Shown here: one piece after another, positions 40,815 to 55,300 of the stretch
Position numbering within the stretch: the stretch's first letter is position 1
Layout: the number at the start of each line of letters is the position of its first letter
Assembly: GCF_018977255.1 (NCBI RefSeq)
Contig: NW_024704743.1
Location: 17,238,001 to 17,302,000 of the forward strand
DNA length: 64,000 nucleotides
Direction: 5' to 3'
From: Callorhinchus milii
Taxonomy: Eukaryota
The notes under the pieces: generated by a model
Database searches by the model: none
Seen by the model: the letters and a program-made list of their open reading frames with translations, nothing else
What the model was told of the DNA's origin: nothing
Made by a program: the position numbers and the translations under genes

Positions 40815-42140
40815 AGTGTTTCTGTGCTGCCCACAGCACGGAAACGGATCTGGTCAAGGTCACAAACGACATCCTGACCATGTGTGACCAGGGCTCCCTC
40901 TGCCTCCTTGTCCTCCTCGACCTCTCCGCCGCCTTTGACACCGTAGTCCGCTCAATCCTCCTCCACCGCCTCTCCTCCCACCACAACCTTCAAGGTTCTG
41001 TCATTGACTGGTTGAGGTCCTACTTTTCACACCGCCTCCACTTCGTCACGGCAAACGGCTTCTCCTCCAGCCCCCGCACCATCTTGTGCGGTGTTCCTCA
41101 GGGCTCTGTCGGTCCCCTCCTCTTCACTCTCTACATGCTCCCCTTTGGTGACGTCATCTGCAGACATGGGGTAAATTTCCACATGTATGCGGATGACACC
41201 CAACTCTACGTCTCTACCTCCACCTTCAACTCCAGGACTACTGAAGTCCTGACCGACTCCCTGTCCTGGACGAGGGACAACTTTCTCCAACTCAATGTCA
41301 GCAAGACCGAGGCCCACCTAATTGGCTCACGTCAGTGCCTCCGCACCTCAGGCGTTGGCAGAATCAGCCTCCACGGCTGCACACTCAACCTCACTAAGCC
41401 AGTCAGGAACCTGGGTGTCTTGTTTGACCCTGAACTGTCCTTTCTCCCCCACATCCGCACCATGACCGACACTGCCTACCACCACCTCCGCAACATTGCC
41501 AGACTCCGCCACTGCCTCACCCTTCAGGCTGACGAAACCCTCACCCACGCATTTGTCACATCAAGACTCGATTACGGGAACTCCGTCCTCATCGGTCTTC
41601 CCAACTCCTCCCTTCACAAGCTGCAGATCATCCAAAACTCTGCAGCTCGTGTACTCTCACACACCAGGCTCTGTGACCCCATCACTCCCACCCTCGCCCG
41701 ACTCCACTGGCTCCCCATCCCCCAGTTCAAGATCCTCGTCCTCACCTTTTAGGCCATCCATGGCCTTACCGCCTCCTACCTCTCTGACCACGCTGACTCC
41801 CTATCAACCTGCCCGCTCCCTCCGTTCAGCAGGCTCCGGCCTGCTCCATGTCTCCCATCCGACCTGCCCTACCATCGTTTGCCGGGCTTTCAGCCTCTCT
41901 GCCCCCACACCCTGTGACGCCACGGTCCCTTCGCCTCGCTTCCTCCCTCGCCTCCTTCAAGGCCGATCTCAAGACCCTTCTCTTCGACCGTGCCTTTGGT
42001 CGCCCTCCCACCTTTCTGCCTTCCCTCACCCCTACACCAATCCTCCCCCATGCTCGGGCCCCGACACCTGACTGTTCAGCGCTTTGGGACATCCTCCGGC
42101 GTGAAAGGCGCTCTATAAATGTAATTTTGTTGTTGTTGTT
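40815..42140 (+). mobile_element. 5'-truncated LINE2 with a 290-aa open RT segment
   Basis: LLDLSAAFDTV, GVPQGS, FHMYADDTQLY and FVTSRLDYGNS; 3' tail with (TTG)n at about 42140. Confidence 0.93.
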
Positions 42141-42894
42141 GTGTCTCAGAGCGCTTAATAAAACTCATTAATAAAATAAAACTCATTGAGAAACAGCTCC
42201 TTGATGTCCTTTAGGAAATACTGCCCCTTAAACAGCCATAAAGAGCAGAAAAATCTCAGGTTTGATCCCTGGTCCGTGTTCATTTTGCTGATCTCAACAG
42301 TGCAAAATTAATTGGTCCAGTTCTGCTGACTACAAATGAGAAAAATCAGCCAAAGTTTCTATTTGCTATGCTGTACCTCTCCTTCTTGCTGGAAAGTAGC
42401 CTTAATTGTGACACTCTGGCCTTACGTAGGGTTTCTGCTTCACACATGAATCGTAACTACATCTGTAAGCAACACACATGAAACTCAGAATGCAAATTGG
42501 ATTTAAAGAGAGAAGGGAGGGAAGAAAATAAAACAGTAGTTTTCAGCAGTTTAGTGGTTTGAAAAAGGTGCTTCCCGACTCTCCTACATATAGGTACCCA
42601 CTAAAGATGTCTGTTTTTCATATATTAAAAAAAAGTAAATATTCTTTGTGGGATCTAATGTGAAAATATTTGTTTGGCCGAGATAAATATCGTTGATACT
42701 GCACTCATTTATTTTTCCCAACCATATTACAAACCTCAGGAGGTAAAAACAGACATACTCCACACTTTGGAGCAATCGTTAAACGTCCCAACCTCAAAAC
42801 AATAAATGCATTGGTTCAATGGAGCAGCGTCTTTTGTGGATACTAGGTATATTTTACTACAATTTATTAAGTGTTTTTTCAACTGTTTCATATC

Positions 42895-44024
42895 ACTAAC
42901 AGTGTTTCTCTCACTCTCACACACAGCGTTTCTCTCACTCTCACACACAGTGTTTCTCCCACTCACAATGTTTCTCACTCTCACACACAGCGTTTCTCTC
43001 ACTCTCATACATAGCGTTTCTCTTACACAGTGTTTCTCTCACTCTCTCACACACAGCGTTTCTCTCACTCTCTCAGTGTTTCTCACTCACACACACAGCG
43101 TTTCTCTCACTCTCACACACAGTGTTTCTCTCACCCTCACACAGTGTTTCTTTCACTCTCACATAGCGTCTCTCACTCACACAGCATTTCTCTCACTCTC
43201 ACACACAGTGTTTTTTTCACTCTCACACAGCGTTTCTCTCACTCACAGAGTTTCTCACTCTCTCACAACTTTTCTCTAACTGTCTCACACACACAGTGTT
43301 CTCTCACTCTCCCACACACACATTGTTTCTCTCACTCTCTCACACACACTGTGATTTTGTCACTGTTTCTCTCACTCTGTATTTCTCGCTCACAGTGTTT
43401 CTCTCACACACACTCAGTGATTTTGTCACTCACTCTCTTTGTGTTTCTCTCACTCACTCTGTGTTTCTCTCTCTCTCTCAGTGTTTCTCTCTCTCTCTCA
43501 GTGTCTCTCGCTCACTCTCTCAGTCTCTCTCTCTCTCCATCTCTCTCTGTGTCTCTCACTCTCTATGTCTCTCTCTCTCTCAGTGTCTCTCTCTCTCAGT
43601 GTCTCTCACTCTCTCAGTGTCTCTCACTCTCTCAGTGTCTCTCACTCTCTCAGTGTCTCACTCTCTCAGTGTCTCTCACTCTCTCAGTGTCTCTCACTCT
43701 CTCTCAGTGTCTCTCTCTCTCTCAGTGTCTCTCTCTCTCTCTCAGTGTCTCACTCTCTCTCTCAGTGTCTCACTCTCTCTCAGTGTCTCTCTCACTCTCT
43801 CTCTCTGTGTCTCACACACTCTCAGTGTCTCTCTCTCTCTCAGTGTCTCTCACACTCTCAGTGTCTCTCTCTCTCAGTGTCTCACACTCTCAGTGTCTCT
43901 CACTCTCAGTGTCTCTCACTCTCAGTGTCTCTCACTCTCTCAGTGTCTCTCACTCTCAGTGTCTCTCACTCTCAGTGTCTCTCACTCTCAGTGTCTCTCA
44001 CTCTCTGTGTCTCTCACACTCTCT

Positions 44025-44058
<34 letters not shown>

Positions 44059-44735
44059 GTCTCTCTCTCTCTCAGTGTCTCTCTCTCTCTCAGTGTCTCT
44101 CTCTCTCAGTGTCTCTCACTCTCTCTGTGTCTCTCACTCTCTGTGTCTCTCACTCTCAGTGTCTCTCACTCTCTCAGTGTCTCTCACTCTCAGTGTCTCT
44201 CACTCTCAGTGTCTCTCACACTCAGTGTCTCTCACACTCTCTGTGTCTCTCACTCTCTGTGTCTCTCACTCTCAGTGTCTCTCACTCTCTCAGTGTCTCT
44301 CACTCTCTCAGTGTCTCTCACTCTCAGTGTCTCTCACTCTCAGTGTCTCTCACTCTCAGTGTCTCTCACACTCAGTGTCTCTCACACTCTCTGTGTCTCT
44401 CACACTCTCTGTGTCTCTCACTCTCTGTGTCTCTCAGTGTCTCACTCTCTCAGTGTCTCTCACTCTCTCAGTGTCTCTCACACTCTCAGTGTCTCTCACT
44501 CTCAGTGTCTCTCACTCTCTCAGTGTCTCTCACTCTCTCAGTATCTCTCACACTCTCAGTGTCTCTCACTCTCAGTGTCTCTCACTCTCACTCTCTCAGT
44601 GTCTCTCACTCTCTCAGTGTCTCTCACTCGCTCTCTCAGTGTCTCTCAGTGTCTCTCTCTCTCACTCGCTCTCTCAGTGTCTCTCTCTCTCAGTGTCTCC
44701 CTCTCTCACTCTCTCTCACACTCAGTGATTTTCTC
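42895..44735 (+). repeat. Degenerate CT/CA-rich tandem array (CAGTGTCTCTCACTCT-like units)
   Basis: About 1.8 kb; the source of the 623, 672 and 429 aa SLS-rich ORF artefacts. Confidence 0.97.
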
Positions 44736-44741
44736 ACTCAC

Positions 44742-45060
44742 TGCGGAGCCGCCGTTGAGACCCGGTTCCAACCAGGCCCCGGGCGCATGCGCACACACTG
44801 CCCGCGAGGTCAAAGCGGGGGAGGGGGGGGGGGGAGGTCCACGCGCATGCGCACATCTGGCGAGTGCACGTGGAGCCATGCAGACGGGACATGCGCAGTA
44901 GCAGGAGTGTGTGTGTGTCGGTGGCCAGGCTTCCCCCGGCAAACCGCTCCCGCCGACAGTTCCCCACCAAATGGGAACCTACCCCTCACCCCCCACCCCC
45001 CCACCTTCAACTTGTGCATCGGAAAAGTACTGTTCTGGGTTTACTTTTTCTCAATCCCAT
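44742..45060 (-). promoter_or_regulatory. RPP38: CpG-rich promoter and probable non-coding exon 1 of RPP38
   Basis: NRF1-type GCGCATGCGC palindromes near 44783 and 44843 and a partial one near 44890. Minus-strand donor GCA|gtgagt at 44742/44741. It is the nearest CpG island upstream of the RPP38 acceptor at 40142. Confidence 0.65.
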
Positions 45061-45067
45061 CAACAGT

Positions 45068-45705
45068 GTCAGACAGACAGACACAGTCACACAGACAGAG
45101 AGACAGTCACAGAGACACACAGACAGACACACAGACAGACAGACAGACAGTCACACAGACAGTCACACAGACAGACACAGACATACAGACAGACACACAG
45201 ACAGACAGTCACACAGACAGACACAGTCACACAGACAGACAGTCACACAGACTAGAGAGACAGACAGTCACACAGACAGACAGTCACACAGACAGACACA
45301 GTCACACAGACTAGAGAGACAGACAGTCACACAGACAGACAGTCACACAGACAGACAGTCCCCCAGACAGTCACACAGACAGTCACACAGACAGACAGTC
45401 ACACAGACAGTCACACACAGACAGACACAGTCACACAGACAGACATTCACACAGACACAGTCATACACAGACAGACACAGTCACACAGACAGACAGTCAC
45501 ACAGACAGACACAAGTCACATAAACAGACAGACACAGTCACACAGACAGACATTCACACAGACAGACACAAGTCACATAAACAGAAAACAACAAACAAAC
45601 AACAAAGACAGTCACGCAGAAAGACTAGAGACAGACAGTCACACAGACAGACAGTCCCCCAGACAGTCACACAGACAGTCACACAGACAGACAGTCACAC
45701 AGACC
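45068..45705 (+). repeat. ACAG/CAGTCACA tandem array
   Basis: Directly visible. Confidence 0.97.
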
Positions 45706-46869
45706 CCCTCTGGGTTTCCTTCTGTTTGCTCCGGAGTCACGGATGTGACGGGAGACCACAGGCCAGACCTTGTACGGTGTGCGGACGGCACACAACATTT
45801 ATTTGGCCAGACCTTGTACGGTGTGCGGACGGACATTTATTTCTCAATCACGGGTTCACGACGGGGTGGGGGCTCTTTCTTTGCTTTTATAAAGACGAAG
45901 CGAGGAGACCGCGGTATTTTAAAACGTTTTGCGGCAGGCCAGGAATATTCCGATGTCTTTTGACAACCTGATAAGGCGCTATATCAAACGCAGTGATTAT
46001 TATCGTCTACAGTATTACCGTTTCAACACCTCTCAGGATAAAATTGAGCGTCATTAAAAATAAGTATTGAAATAATTTTGCCTTTTGTTTTCAGATTCAG
46101 AAATTTGCTTATTCAATACCAAAAATCTAAACGTTTTATCACTGAGAGCTGTGAATGGAGAGACAACCTCCCCCATTGCTGCTTTTCCATCATCAAAGAA
46201 CACGCAGGAGCAGCAGAGCCTTGCTCCCACCCACCCTCTGCATCCCTACGCCACCAGCTATTCTCCCATTTCACATTCCCCACTCTCTCCATCCGCCATC
46301 GGTATGCAAACATTCAGTCATTCTATCTCTGTTCTTTGGAACTCCATCACAGAGTCCCTCTGCCTCTTCCCTCCTCTCAAAACTCCCCTTAAGACAAAAG
46401 GGAAAGGAGTTTCTCCAGTTGTCCCGGTCAACAATTCCCCAAGTAAAATTGGTCATTTATCTCATGGTTGTTTGCTTTTTGTGGTACATCACTGTATGCA
46501 AATTGGTTAGTTACCATGTTTGCCTACAAAATACTAAATAAAATATCTTGTGAAGTGCTTTGAGACATCTCCCAATGTAAAAGGAACAATATCAAATGTA
46601 AGTATTATTATAAAAAAAGAATTTGCTTATTAATGCATCAAGAACTCTGTTGAGCTATTTTAAAGTCAAATCACAGAAAGCTTTTGTTATTGCCTTATTT
46701 GGTTTTCTTTTGCAAAAGTCTGTTGGTGGTGTTCAACAATTTATTAACAATAATATCTGCAATTGATATAATAAACCTTGCATTTGATAGCACACATTAT
46801 CACATATTTGAGACGTCTCAAAGCAGTTCACAGAATATACAGTAAAGTGAATTAATTGTCCAACAATTA

Positions 46870-47035
46870 GAAAGCAGAGTGCCCCTCTCCTTCCAAAAAG
46901 AAAGTGCACAATTCATTCCAGACATGGAAATGTCCATGTGCAAGTGGCATACATACATATGTGGAACTTTCAGTATGGTTTGGATACTTTTAAGCACGCG
47001 TCAGATACATATGGCTGACCAAAACAAGAACCAGT
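46870..47035 (-). repeat. Unclassified old interspersed repeat, copy 2 (partial)
   Basis: Homologous by eye to 11300-11460. Confidence 0.6.
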
Positions 47036-49227
47036 CTTAAAATGACTAAACTCTAAAAGTCAAATCAGAATAATTTCTCCATATAAAGGATTATCAGTAC
47101 GGGGAATTCACTCCCCAAGAGGCTGGGGAAGTAAATTAATCAATTAGGATGTTCAAAAGGGAGATGGGCAGTTGGTTTAGAACGAAGGGATAGGAGGGCA
47201 AATACAATTAAAATATCTGACATGATCTAATCAAGTGCATCAGACTCAAAATGGGCTGAATAGCTTCAGTTGCCGTTCTTCTAATTTCATAAAGAATAGC
47301 ACAAGACATTTGAAAATTGGGAAAATAAACAATTGCAATTTTTTTTGTAAACATACCTTTTATTTTTAATAATTTGCATAGATATTCGCCACCCAACATC
47401 AGAGAATTCATGCTGCACATTAGTTCACACTTACATACACATTTTCCTTGCAGACATTTTTATTTATTTATGCATTTCCCATGCTGAAATTTTTTTTTGG
47501 AGGCACAGAAAAATTCCAAAGGTGATGATAATCCTTGCACTGGATCTTAACTCACTTCAAACCCAAAATGCATTAAAACCCTGGGATTTTTCAAAAAGAA
47601 AATTCTGTGGGCTGCATGTAGATTCCTTTCAGCCCACTCTTTCGCACACCTCAACTTCACCTGCCGGCTTTCAGTGGCCAGTGATATCGACTTTGGCTCA
47701 GTTTGAATCTGACCAGCAGAAGGCAGTTTTTTTTCATCCTCTGCTCGTGGGATTCAAATAATTACAATTCTAGCTCACTGGGCCGGATATCCCTTCCATC
47801 GGTGCATTGAGTGGAATGATATCTTTTAATAGCAATGGTCTATTGCTGTATAAGTGACAAAATTTAAGATAAATCAAAACCATAGCTGCCAAGAATCTCA
47901 TCCATGCTTTCATGATGTCCAGGCTTGGTTATTCCAACACTTATTACACCGTTCTTCTCACCGGACTCCTGCAGCCCCTACCCTCGCTCGCTTCCACTGC
48001 TTTTGAGATATCTTCCCAATGCAAAAGGCGTTATATAAAAGTAGATTGTGGTTTTTGACACATGGAGGTTCCTACTTTCCCTGCAACCATTGCAAAAGAA
48101 GATAGCACATGCTTGTATTGCGAAAAAGATAGCACGTGCTTATATTGCGAAAACAGCAGGGGATGAAATATGGAAACTGAAAACCATCTACAATATTTAC
48201 ACACCCGTTGAGACAGATTAAATGCAAGTGCTTAATTGCAATTGCATATTAGATCCTGCGCACGAAGGCCAACGCACCTTTGGCAAATGTACTATAATTT
48301 TGGCAAACATATTCATGTTTAAAGAACTGAAATCCTTTAAAATGTTACATGTAAAAGCTATACAATTGTTTGAAAATGTATTTGGATAAAATTAATGTTT
48401 CCATCTAAACTTAACCAACAAATATTTAAAAAACCTAGCAAGATAATTCATTGTCCACCCTTTCTGTGAACAAGACATTTAAAAGATGCTTCTATTTCCA
48501 GTAAGCCACATTTCAACATTTTACAGGCGGTAAAGGGAAATAAAACAAATTAATAGCAGTGAAGCATCTTCATAAATTCTAAATAAAAAAGAGCACATCG
48601 TTCAATAAAAAAAGGTACATTTTCGGCCGAAAAAAGTAAATTTTTCAACTAGACTGAAAAGTGCAATTCTTTTGGATTTGTTTGATTTTCATGCAAATGC
48701 ATGCAAAGTCCTCACTAGAAAATATGATACGAACACCAGAGATGGCAACAGATCCACTTGCCTATTTGATATATACATTAAAGCTGTTTCTGAAGTTTGA
48801 AACATGTGCTTTTCACATTAATGGAATGACTGCTGGTGGCCCAATTGATGCTTTAGGATATGGGTGTGTGCCAGCACTTCTCCACATACAAGTTCCGAAT
48901 CATAATGGTCCATTTGGAAGATGCAATGTATCGAGGCAAAAAACAAGCTCAAAACTGGATGGATCAACCCGACGTGTAAGCAGTTAGATTCACATAGCAT
49001 TGGCAGTGAGTTGGGAGCAGATTGGCTGCCCAACCAAATGTGTGGTCAAGCAATTATGCATAGTGTGGGCCCGAAAAGAGGAGAAAAACTTGATTTAAAG
49101 TAGCCAGAGAGAGAGAAAAAAATAAAAGGGAGAAATGCACGCCTCCAACATTCATTTCAATGATAACAACTTGACTGTTATTGAGCTTTTGTCTTGAAAA
49201 CAGTGGCTCTGCCATCTGACATGGCCC

Positions 49228-49370
49228 TTAGAGATAAGTTACCTCAGCAGTTTCTAAATGTTTTAGAATGTAACTTATTAGAAACTTTTCATTAGTTGGC
49301 TCTTGGAGATAAAAATGGCCACCAGGACGTTTCTGAATGTAAAATTCCCCGCTTGTTAAATCGTTCCAGG
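49228..49370 (-). CDS. OLAH: OLAH coding exon 6 (stop)
   Basis: Encodes [47 protein letters not shown]. Confidence 0.93.
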
Positions 49371-52300
49371 CTGCAGGATCAAACAAAAAGAATCAATTTG
49401 AACTCTGTGGTCAAATAGTTGAATGTATATGACATTCAAAGGCTGGAAACAAGTGGTATACAAAGTCAGTTAAGGTCTATCAAACATTTCCTCTAAAGTC
49501 TCTCCACTAAGCAATATGTATTGTAGAATAATACAAGTCTTTGTCTGGATACCATTGTAATGATGTAGCACTGTACTATTCCAGATTGACAGTATTGAAC
49601 ATCCAAACTACTGAATGTCAATATGAAAATCAAGTTGACACAAATGCTAGTTCTCACCTGAAACATCAACATAAGGTACAATTGATCAATGGCCTGGGTA
49701 ACCCCTTCCTTTAATCACCTCGTCCATTACACAGGAAAGTGTCTGACCTCCACTTGGCATTTCCTTTTGTCAGCACAGCTTATATCAGGAACAAAAACAG
49801 AAGTCGCTGGAAACACTCAGCAGGTCAGGCAGCTTCTATGGAAGGTTTCAATTTCAAGGTTTCGGGTCCACGACCCTTCGTCAGAACTGTTCTGAAGAAG
49901 GATCGTGGACCCGAAATGTTGACTCACTTTCCTTTCTCCATAGAAGCTGCCTGATCTGCTGAGTGTTCCCAGCGACTTCTGTTTTTGTTTCAGTTTTCCA
50001 GCATCTGCAGTATTTTGCATTTTGTTAGATCAGGAACTGATCCTAAACTTGATTTGACCCTATCACATTTCCAATGAAATATTTATGACATCATGATGCA
50101 GTGTCTTGTACAGTATAAACATAATCCCAGTTATAAATTGGCAATCAAGTTAAAATAGGGGTTATATTATACTGTACAAATAGCTTACATAAGTTAAGAT
50201 AAGATTACAATATAGCAGTAGCTGAGTAAAACCAACACAAACATTTTTATCAGATTGACATTTAAGTATTTGAACTGCAACATTCTTTAACATGTCTAAG
50301 TACTAACAAGCGGAACCAGAGTTATGCAACATAAAATACCTTCCGCATTCCCCAATCAATTCCCGATCCAAGTTGTGCTGTCGTAGGGAATTGCCAATTG
50401 GAGGTCAGGTCATTCCCTATATGATGGAACTGAAAAGGTACTATAGTCCACTGCATACGTCATTTGAGAAGTGTCAAAAATTACAGGCAGTGTGAAATAG
50501 CACATTTCTACAGGTGTAGTGCTCTGAGTATCTGAGCAGGCTCCAGTGCAGTCCTGTTATATTGCACTAGTTGGGGGTCCATAAAATCACTAACACTATA
50601 AGAGCACTTAGCACCACAAAAAGTGACATCAGCTGCAATGTGACCCAGAAGTCAATCATTGTGTCTTCCCTGTACCAGCTGGTGTTTCATGTTTCTGTAC
50701 CGATGAGATGAAGCAACAATGGAGCAGGGATATTTTGGGTGAGTTCACATATATATATATATACTACGAAAATAATCCTTGCATTTGATTATAGAACCTT
50801 ATCACGTGATTGGGATGTCTCAAAGTGTTCCACATAATATACAGTATTGACTATGTATTTTGTGGACAAAATGATAATGTTAATGCAGTTAAACAACAAG
50901 CAAACCCACATTCTTTGTTAGGCTTTTTTTTTAAAAACAAAAAAAAGCGGGGTTTCACTATATTAATGTTTGTTACTGCCATTTGGTTTCATCTCATGAA
51001 AAAGAAAATCACCTGGCAATAAAGAACCAAGCATACCTTAGTGCCATCGATTCCCATTATTGACTCAAGAGTGAGTAGGCAACATTGAAAAGCAAATGCT
51101 TTACTTGTAAGCACAACAATCAATTATTCATAAAGGAACAGGTTTAAGTTTGTACACTGGAAAATAGTTGAAATTGTTCTCACCTTTCAGATCATGTGGT
51201 ACATCATCTTCTCCATCAAAGGTGGTGATGGGACAAGAGAAGACAAACTCCTCTTGCTTGTCATAGCTTAAAACAAACAAAACAGTCAACATTGCTCCAA
51301 GTCCAGGTATGCAACAATATGGCCTTGGCCTAGCTCAGTTGGTAATACTCGTACTCTGGGTATGTGCTGCAATGTTGGATGTCAACAACAACAACTTGGA
51401 TTTATATAGCACCCTCCACGCCGGACGGCGTCTCACAGTGCTTCACAGTAATGGATCCCGGGGCCGAGCCGGGGGGATGGGGAGGAAGGTGACCAAAGGC
51501 GCAGTCGAAAAGAAAGGTCTTCAGCCAAGACCTGAAAATAGGAAGGGAGGGAGCAAGGCGAAGGGAGTGAGGAAGGGAGTTCCAGAGCCTCGGGGCGTAG
51601 TGGCTGAAGGCAGGGCCGCCGAGGGTCATGAAAGACGCTCTATAAATGTAATTTGTTATTGGTGTTGTTTGGATTAGACGTTAAACCGAGGTTCCGTCTG
51701 CCTGTCAGGTGGATGTTAAAGATCCCGCGGCACCCGTTCAAAAAAGGGAGATTTTTCCTGCTGTCAGTCCGCCAGATAAGTGTTTATTCTCTTCCTTGTT
51801 ATTCGTGAGACAAATTGACTGGTGCTTGCACCTACAAAATACAGTAATTACACCTTATAATAAATCCTATGATGTGTTTTGAGATGTTTTCCTGACATGA
51901 AAGGCACTAGATCAAAAGCAGCGTATTTTTTATTTTTTTTATAAATGAAAGTTTAGCAGTGGTGTTCTGGAAGGATGGGATCAGACGAGCACAAGGGAAT
52001 TCTTCATCTGAACCTCTCTTGTGATCTTGTATCTCAAGAGAAACAACCAAATCACACATAATGTAGAAAATGGGAAAGATCGCAGGGCCTGCCTGTTTTA
52101 CATTCTAATAATCATTGTGCAGATTTACCTGGTGCATTCCAAAAGTCGGAGATCTGCTTTTAAAACTGGGACGAATAGGTTTGCCAATGCTTTATTTGCA
52201 AGAATCTCTATCGGTGTACCACCAATAGAGGCCATCCATTTCAAGAACTCGTCGTCTGGCAACTCAGACCACCGCTGGCTGTTTCGACGTGTCTTGGACT

Positions 52301-55300
52301 AAATGGATCGATGATAGGAGATGAAACAATTACTCAAAGCCCACTCAACAATCAATCTTAGCAAAAACAAGGGCTAAATGTAGGGTGAAGCTCCTTTCCA
52401 TTTTTGCCCTAAAAATCTTAAACTCAGTAGTTACTGGGTATCGGGTGATGTCTGGCCAAATTGATTGTTACAGTGACCCCAGAGAAGGTTTTCAACTGAT
52501 CAATTTGCTTTGGATTCAACCCAAATTCCAAAGGTGAAGAGACAGTATTCTCATTGCTCAGTCCACTCAGTTAGTAATCAGCACAATTGCGCAAAAGTAA
52601 TGAATCTGATAAATAAATATAAAAAGTAAATTTAAAAAAGCAGAAGATACTATTAATGAACACTCCAGTTAATCCAAACTTATTTTTGTCTTGTTCCAAG
52701 TGGTAAAATTGAGTTGAAAAAATGCTAGTTTGGAAAATGGCAACACAAACAGTGCCTCGGGACATAAAGTGCCTCTCTTCCAGCAAACCACATGCACCTT
52801 ATGTTAACTCTAACCTTTTCTTTGTTTTTTTAACCACGATTGAGTGAGCCAAAAAATACTCAACCTTTACCCAATGCCTACTGTTGACCTGGAACTCCTA
52901 ATAGAGTAAATCAGTGGCACAAACCTGCATGCCACTAGTGGAGTCCTGTAGCTTTGCAAGCTTTGCAAGCGAGAGACCTGAGTTCAATTCCAGGCAGAGG
53001 GCGAAACCTTAGGCAAGTTTCCTTACTCCACACAGAGCCTAATAATAATCCCTCCAAAACCAAAAACAATAATAAATTGGTCATTTTCATCTACGACTGT
53101 TTGTGGGACATTGCTGTGCGCAATTGGTTGCCGCGTTCACCCACAAATATACAGTCAATTCACTTTACAGTGTGTTCTGTGAAGCGCTTTGGGACGTCCT
53201 CCTGACGTGAAAAGCGCTATATCAAATGCAAGGATTATTATTATTATTATGCTAACACTCCAATATTTTGTGCCACTGGATTCGCGTTTTGTAATTAGAC
53301 TTGCTGGTTTCCAGTTTTATACCATTAAAAATTGATATTTGTCAGTTTTTCCAATTTTCTCCAAGTCGAGGAGAATTAATTCTCATTGTTAAACTTTTTC
53401 CTAACACAAATCCTTTGAAAGAAATGATGCAAAGTTAAAAAAAANTTCTTACTTACATGTGGTGCTGAAACACCAGATACAAAGAGATGCACTGGCTCCA
53501 AGCCATACTTTTGTTTTATGTATAGCGCTGTAGCAAAACAAAGAATTCCTCCAAGACTGTAGGAAACAAAATTTAGTTTAGTTTTTTTTTAAGTAATTCC
53601 TTTTTCCATTTTCATAGAATCATCAAAAAGAGCATTCAAAAGGAAAGTGGAACAGGCTGAACTTTGATACCAGATTCATAGGAAATCATTGGCTAATAGC
53701 CACCTAGTGCTGTCAAAAAACCTGGGTAGTTCTTCTTCCACTGATGGGAATGAATTTGTGGATATCATTGTCAACTAACAGGAACTCTGCTCCCAAAGAG
53801 GCATATCAACCTCCGGAGTTAAAGAATTCCGTTATAAATCAAGATATATTATTGTTATTTACAAAATATCACATTAATAACTAAAATAATATGCATTCAT
53901 GTATAATACATTCATCTAGTATACCAAAAACGAGCAATAACACACTATAATAATGCTATAAATAAAAATGTACCTTTACATAAATACTTGAATAAAGAGG
54001 CAATTAAAGGAATGGGAAGATGATTCAGATATTTATAGTCATTGACATTAGCTAAACTGTAGACTTCGATTACCATGGCATTACAAGTCTGCTGTATTCA
54101 CGAAGAATATTTTTCTGCCCTTCTTTAGATAAATATTTTGACCAGCACTGCAGCAGCTAAGAAATGATTGAATGTTATGACACGGAACACTAAGCATTAA
54201 AACTGTGATTTGGATTTTTTTTAAGATCAGTCAATGGTAATTCAATCTGATGGTAACAATCAACAAGAACCTCTACTTAACAAATAGGGCCTTAATGCTC
54301 TAGTTTTTGTAAAAAAAATTAAAACAAATCTGAATTTTTTCCCCATACTATAAAATGTTTGACTCATTTTAATATTTGACAGGTCAGGTTCTGCAAAATC
54401 CAGCAGCAATAAAGTGTTACAGGTCACTGCAGTTGACACACATTTGAACCTCCAGAAAGGTGATGGAGTGCAGGGGGGAAGAGAGGGCTAAATTATGTTC
54501 AGGAGTGGGAACTCTAGCTAATATTCTGGCTGCTAACCCAAGGTGCTGAGGCAAATTGTAGCACCTCTTGTGTAGCACCTTCCCAACTGAGATCAGCAAA
54601 CAACACAAAACTGAACTGAACCTGGGTGTTCCTAGACTGTATGATTCAGCTACTTACCGGATAAATTCAATGAACTGTCAGAGGAGTGATAAATTTAGCA
54701 CAGGGCAAACAGTGTTGTATAAATCTGAAGATGGTTATGTCTTCCAGAAATGCACACTAAAGCAGAAATATCATAAACCACTAGGTTGAAAAGTACACGT
54801 TTAAAGCCAACAGTGGAAATTACATTTTCCGTAACACTCAAAAGGCAATTTGCGTTGAATGAAATGTTATGATAATGATGCTTTCCCCAAATGAAACTGC
54901 AGCATTTACTGCTAGTGGTGATAAATTAAACTTAGCAGCAAAACTAATTTTACTGTGAACAAATTAATATTTTAAAAAAAACTATTTGCTGCCTGATTTT
55001 CCTCACACAATACTTCAATGACTAATATATATTATAATATATACCTAATAGTACAATACTTATGTTTTGTTTGTTAAAATACATTTGTCATTATATTAAA
55101 CAGCCTCAAAGCTTTCCTCAGATAAAGTAAAATTAATGCCACAATATCTTCAGCCCAATGAGTAGACACCATCTTAATTCAACATTCCTTTACTCCAAGG
55201 AAAAGGATAAAACTTGCTGGATGTAGACATAACCACCAGAAGTAAACTAATTATCAGCCAAAATGATGAAAAGCTAATGTTAAGAGCTGAATTTGGGTTG

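Noticed and set aside
40880..41752. 290-aa reverse transcriptase ORF as an active or domesticated gene
   Set aside because: 5'-truncated LINE2 with no endonuclease, small deletions and an early stop; ordinary TE remnant.
43030..45523. 623, 672, 429 and 219 aa ORFs
   Set aside because: Simple-repeat translations (SLS and TDRQ runs).
45000..49200. ACBD7 or MEIG1 exons expected from human synteny
   Set aside because: No recognisable peptide matches found by eye; a TBLASTN is needed to exclude them.
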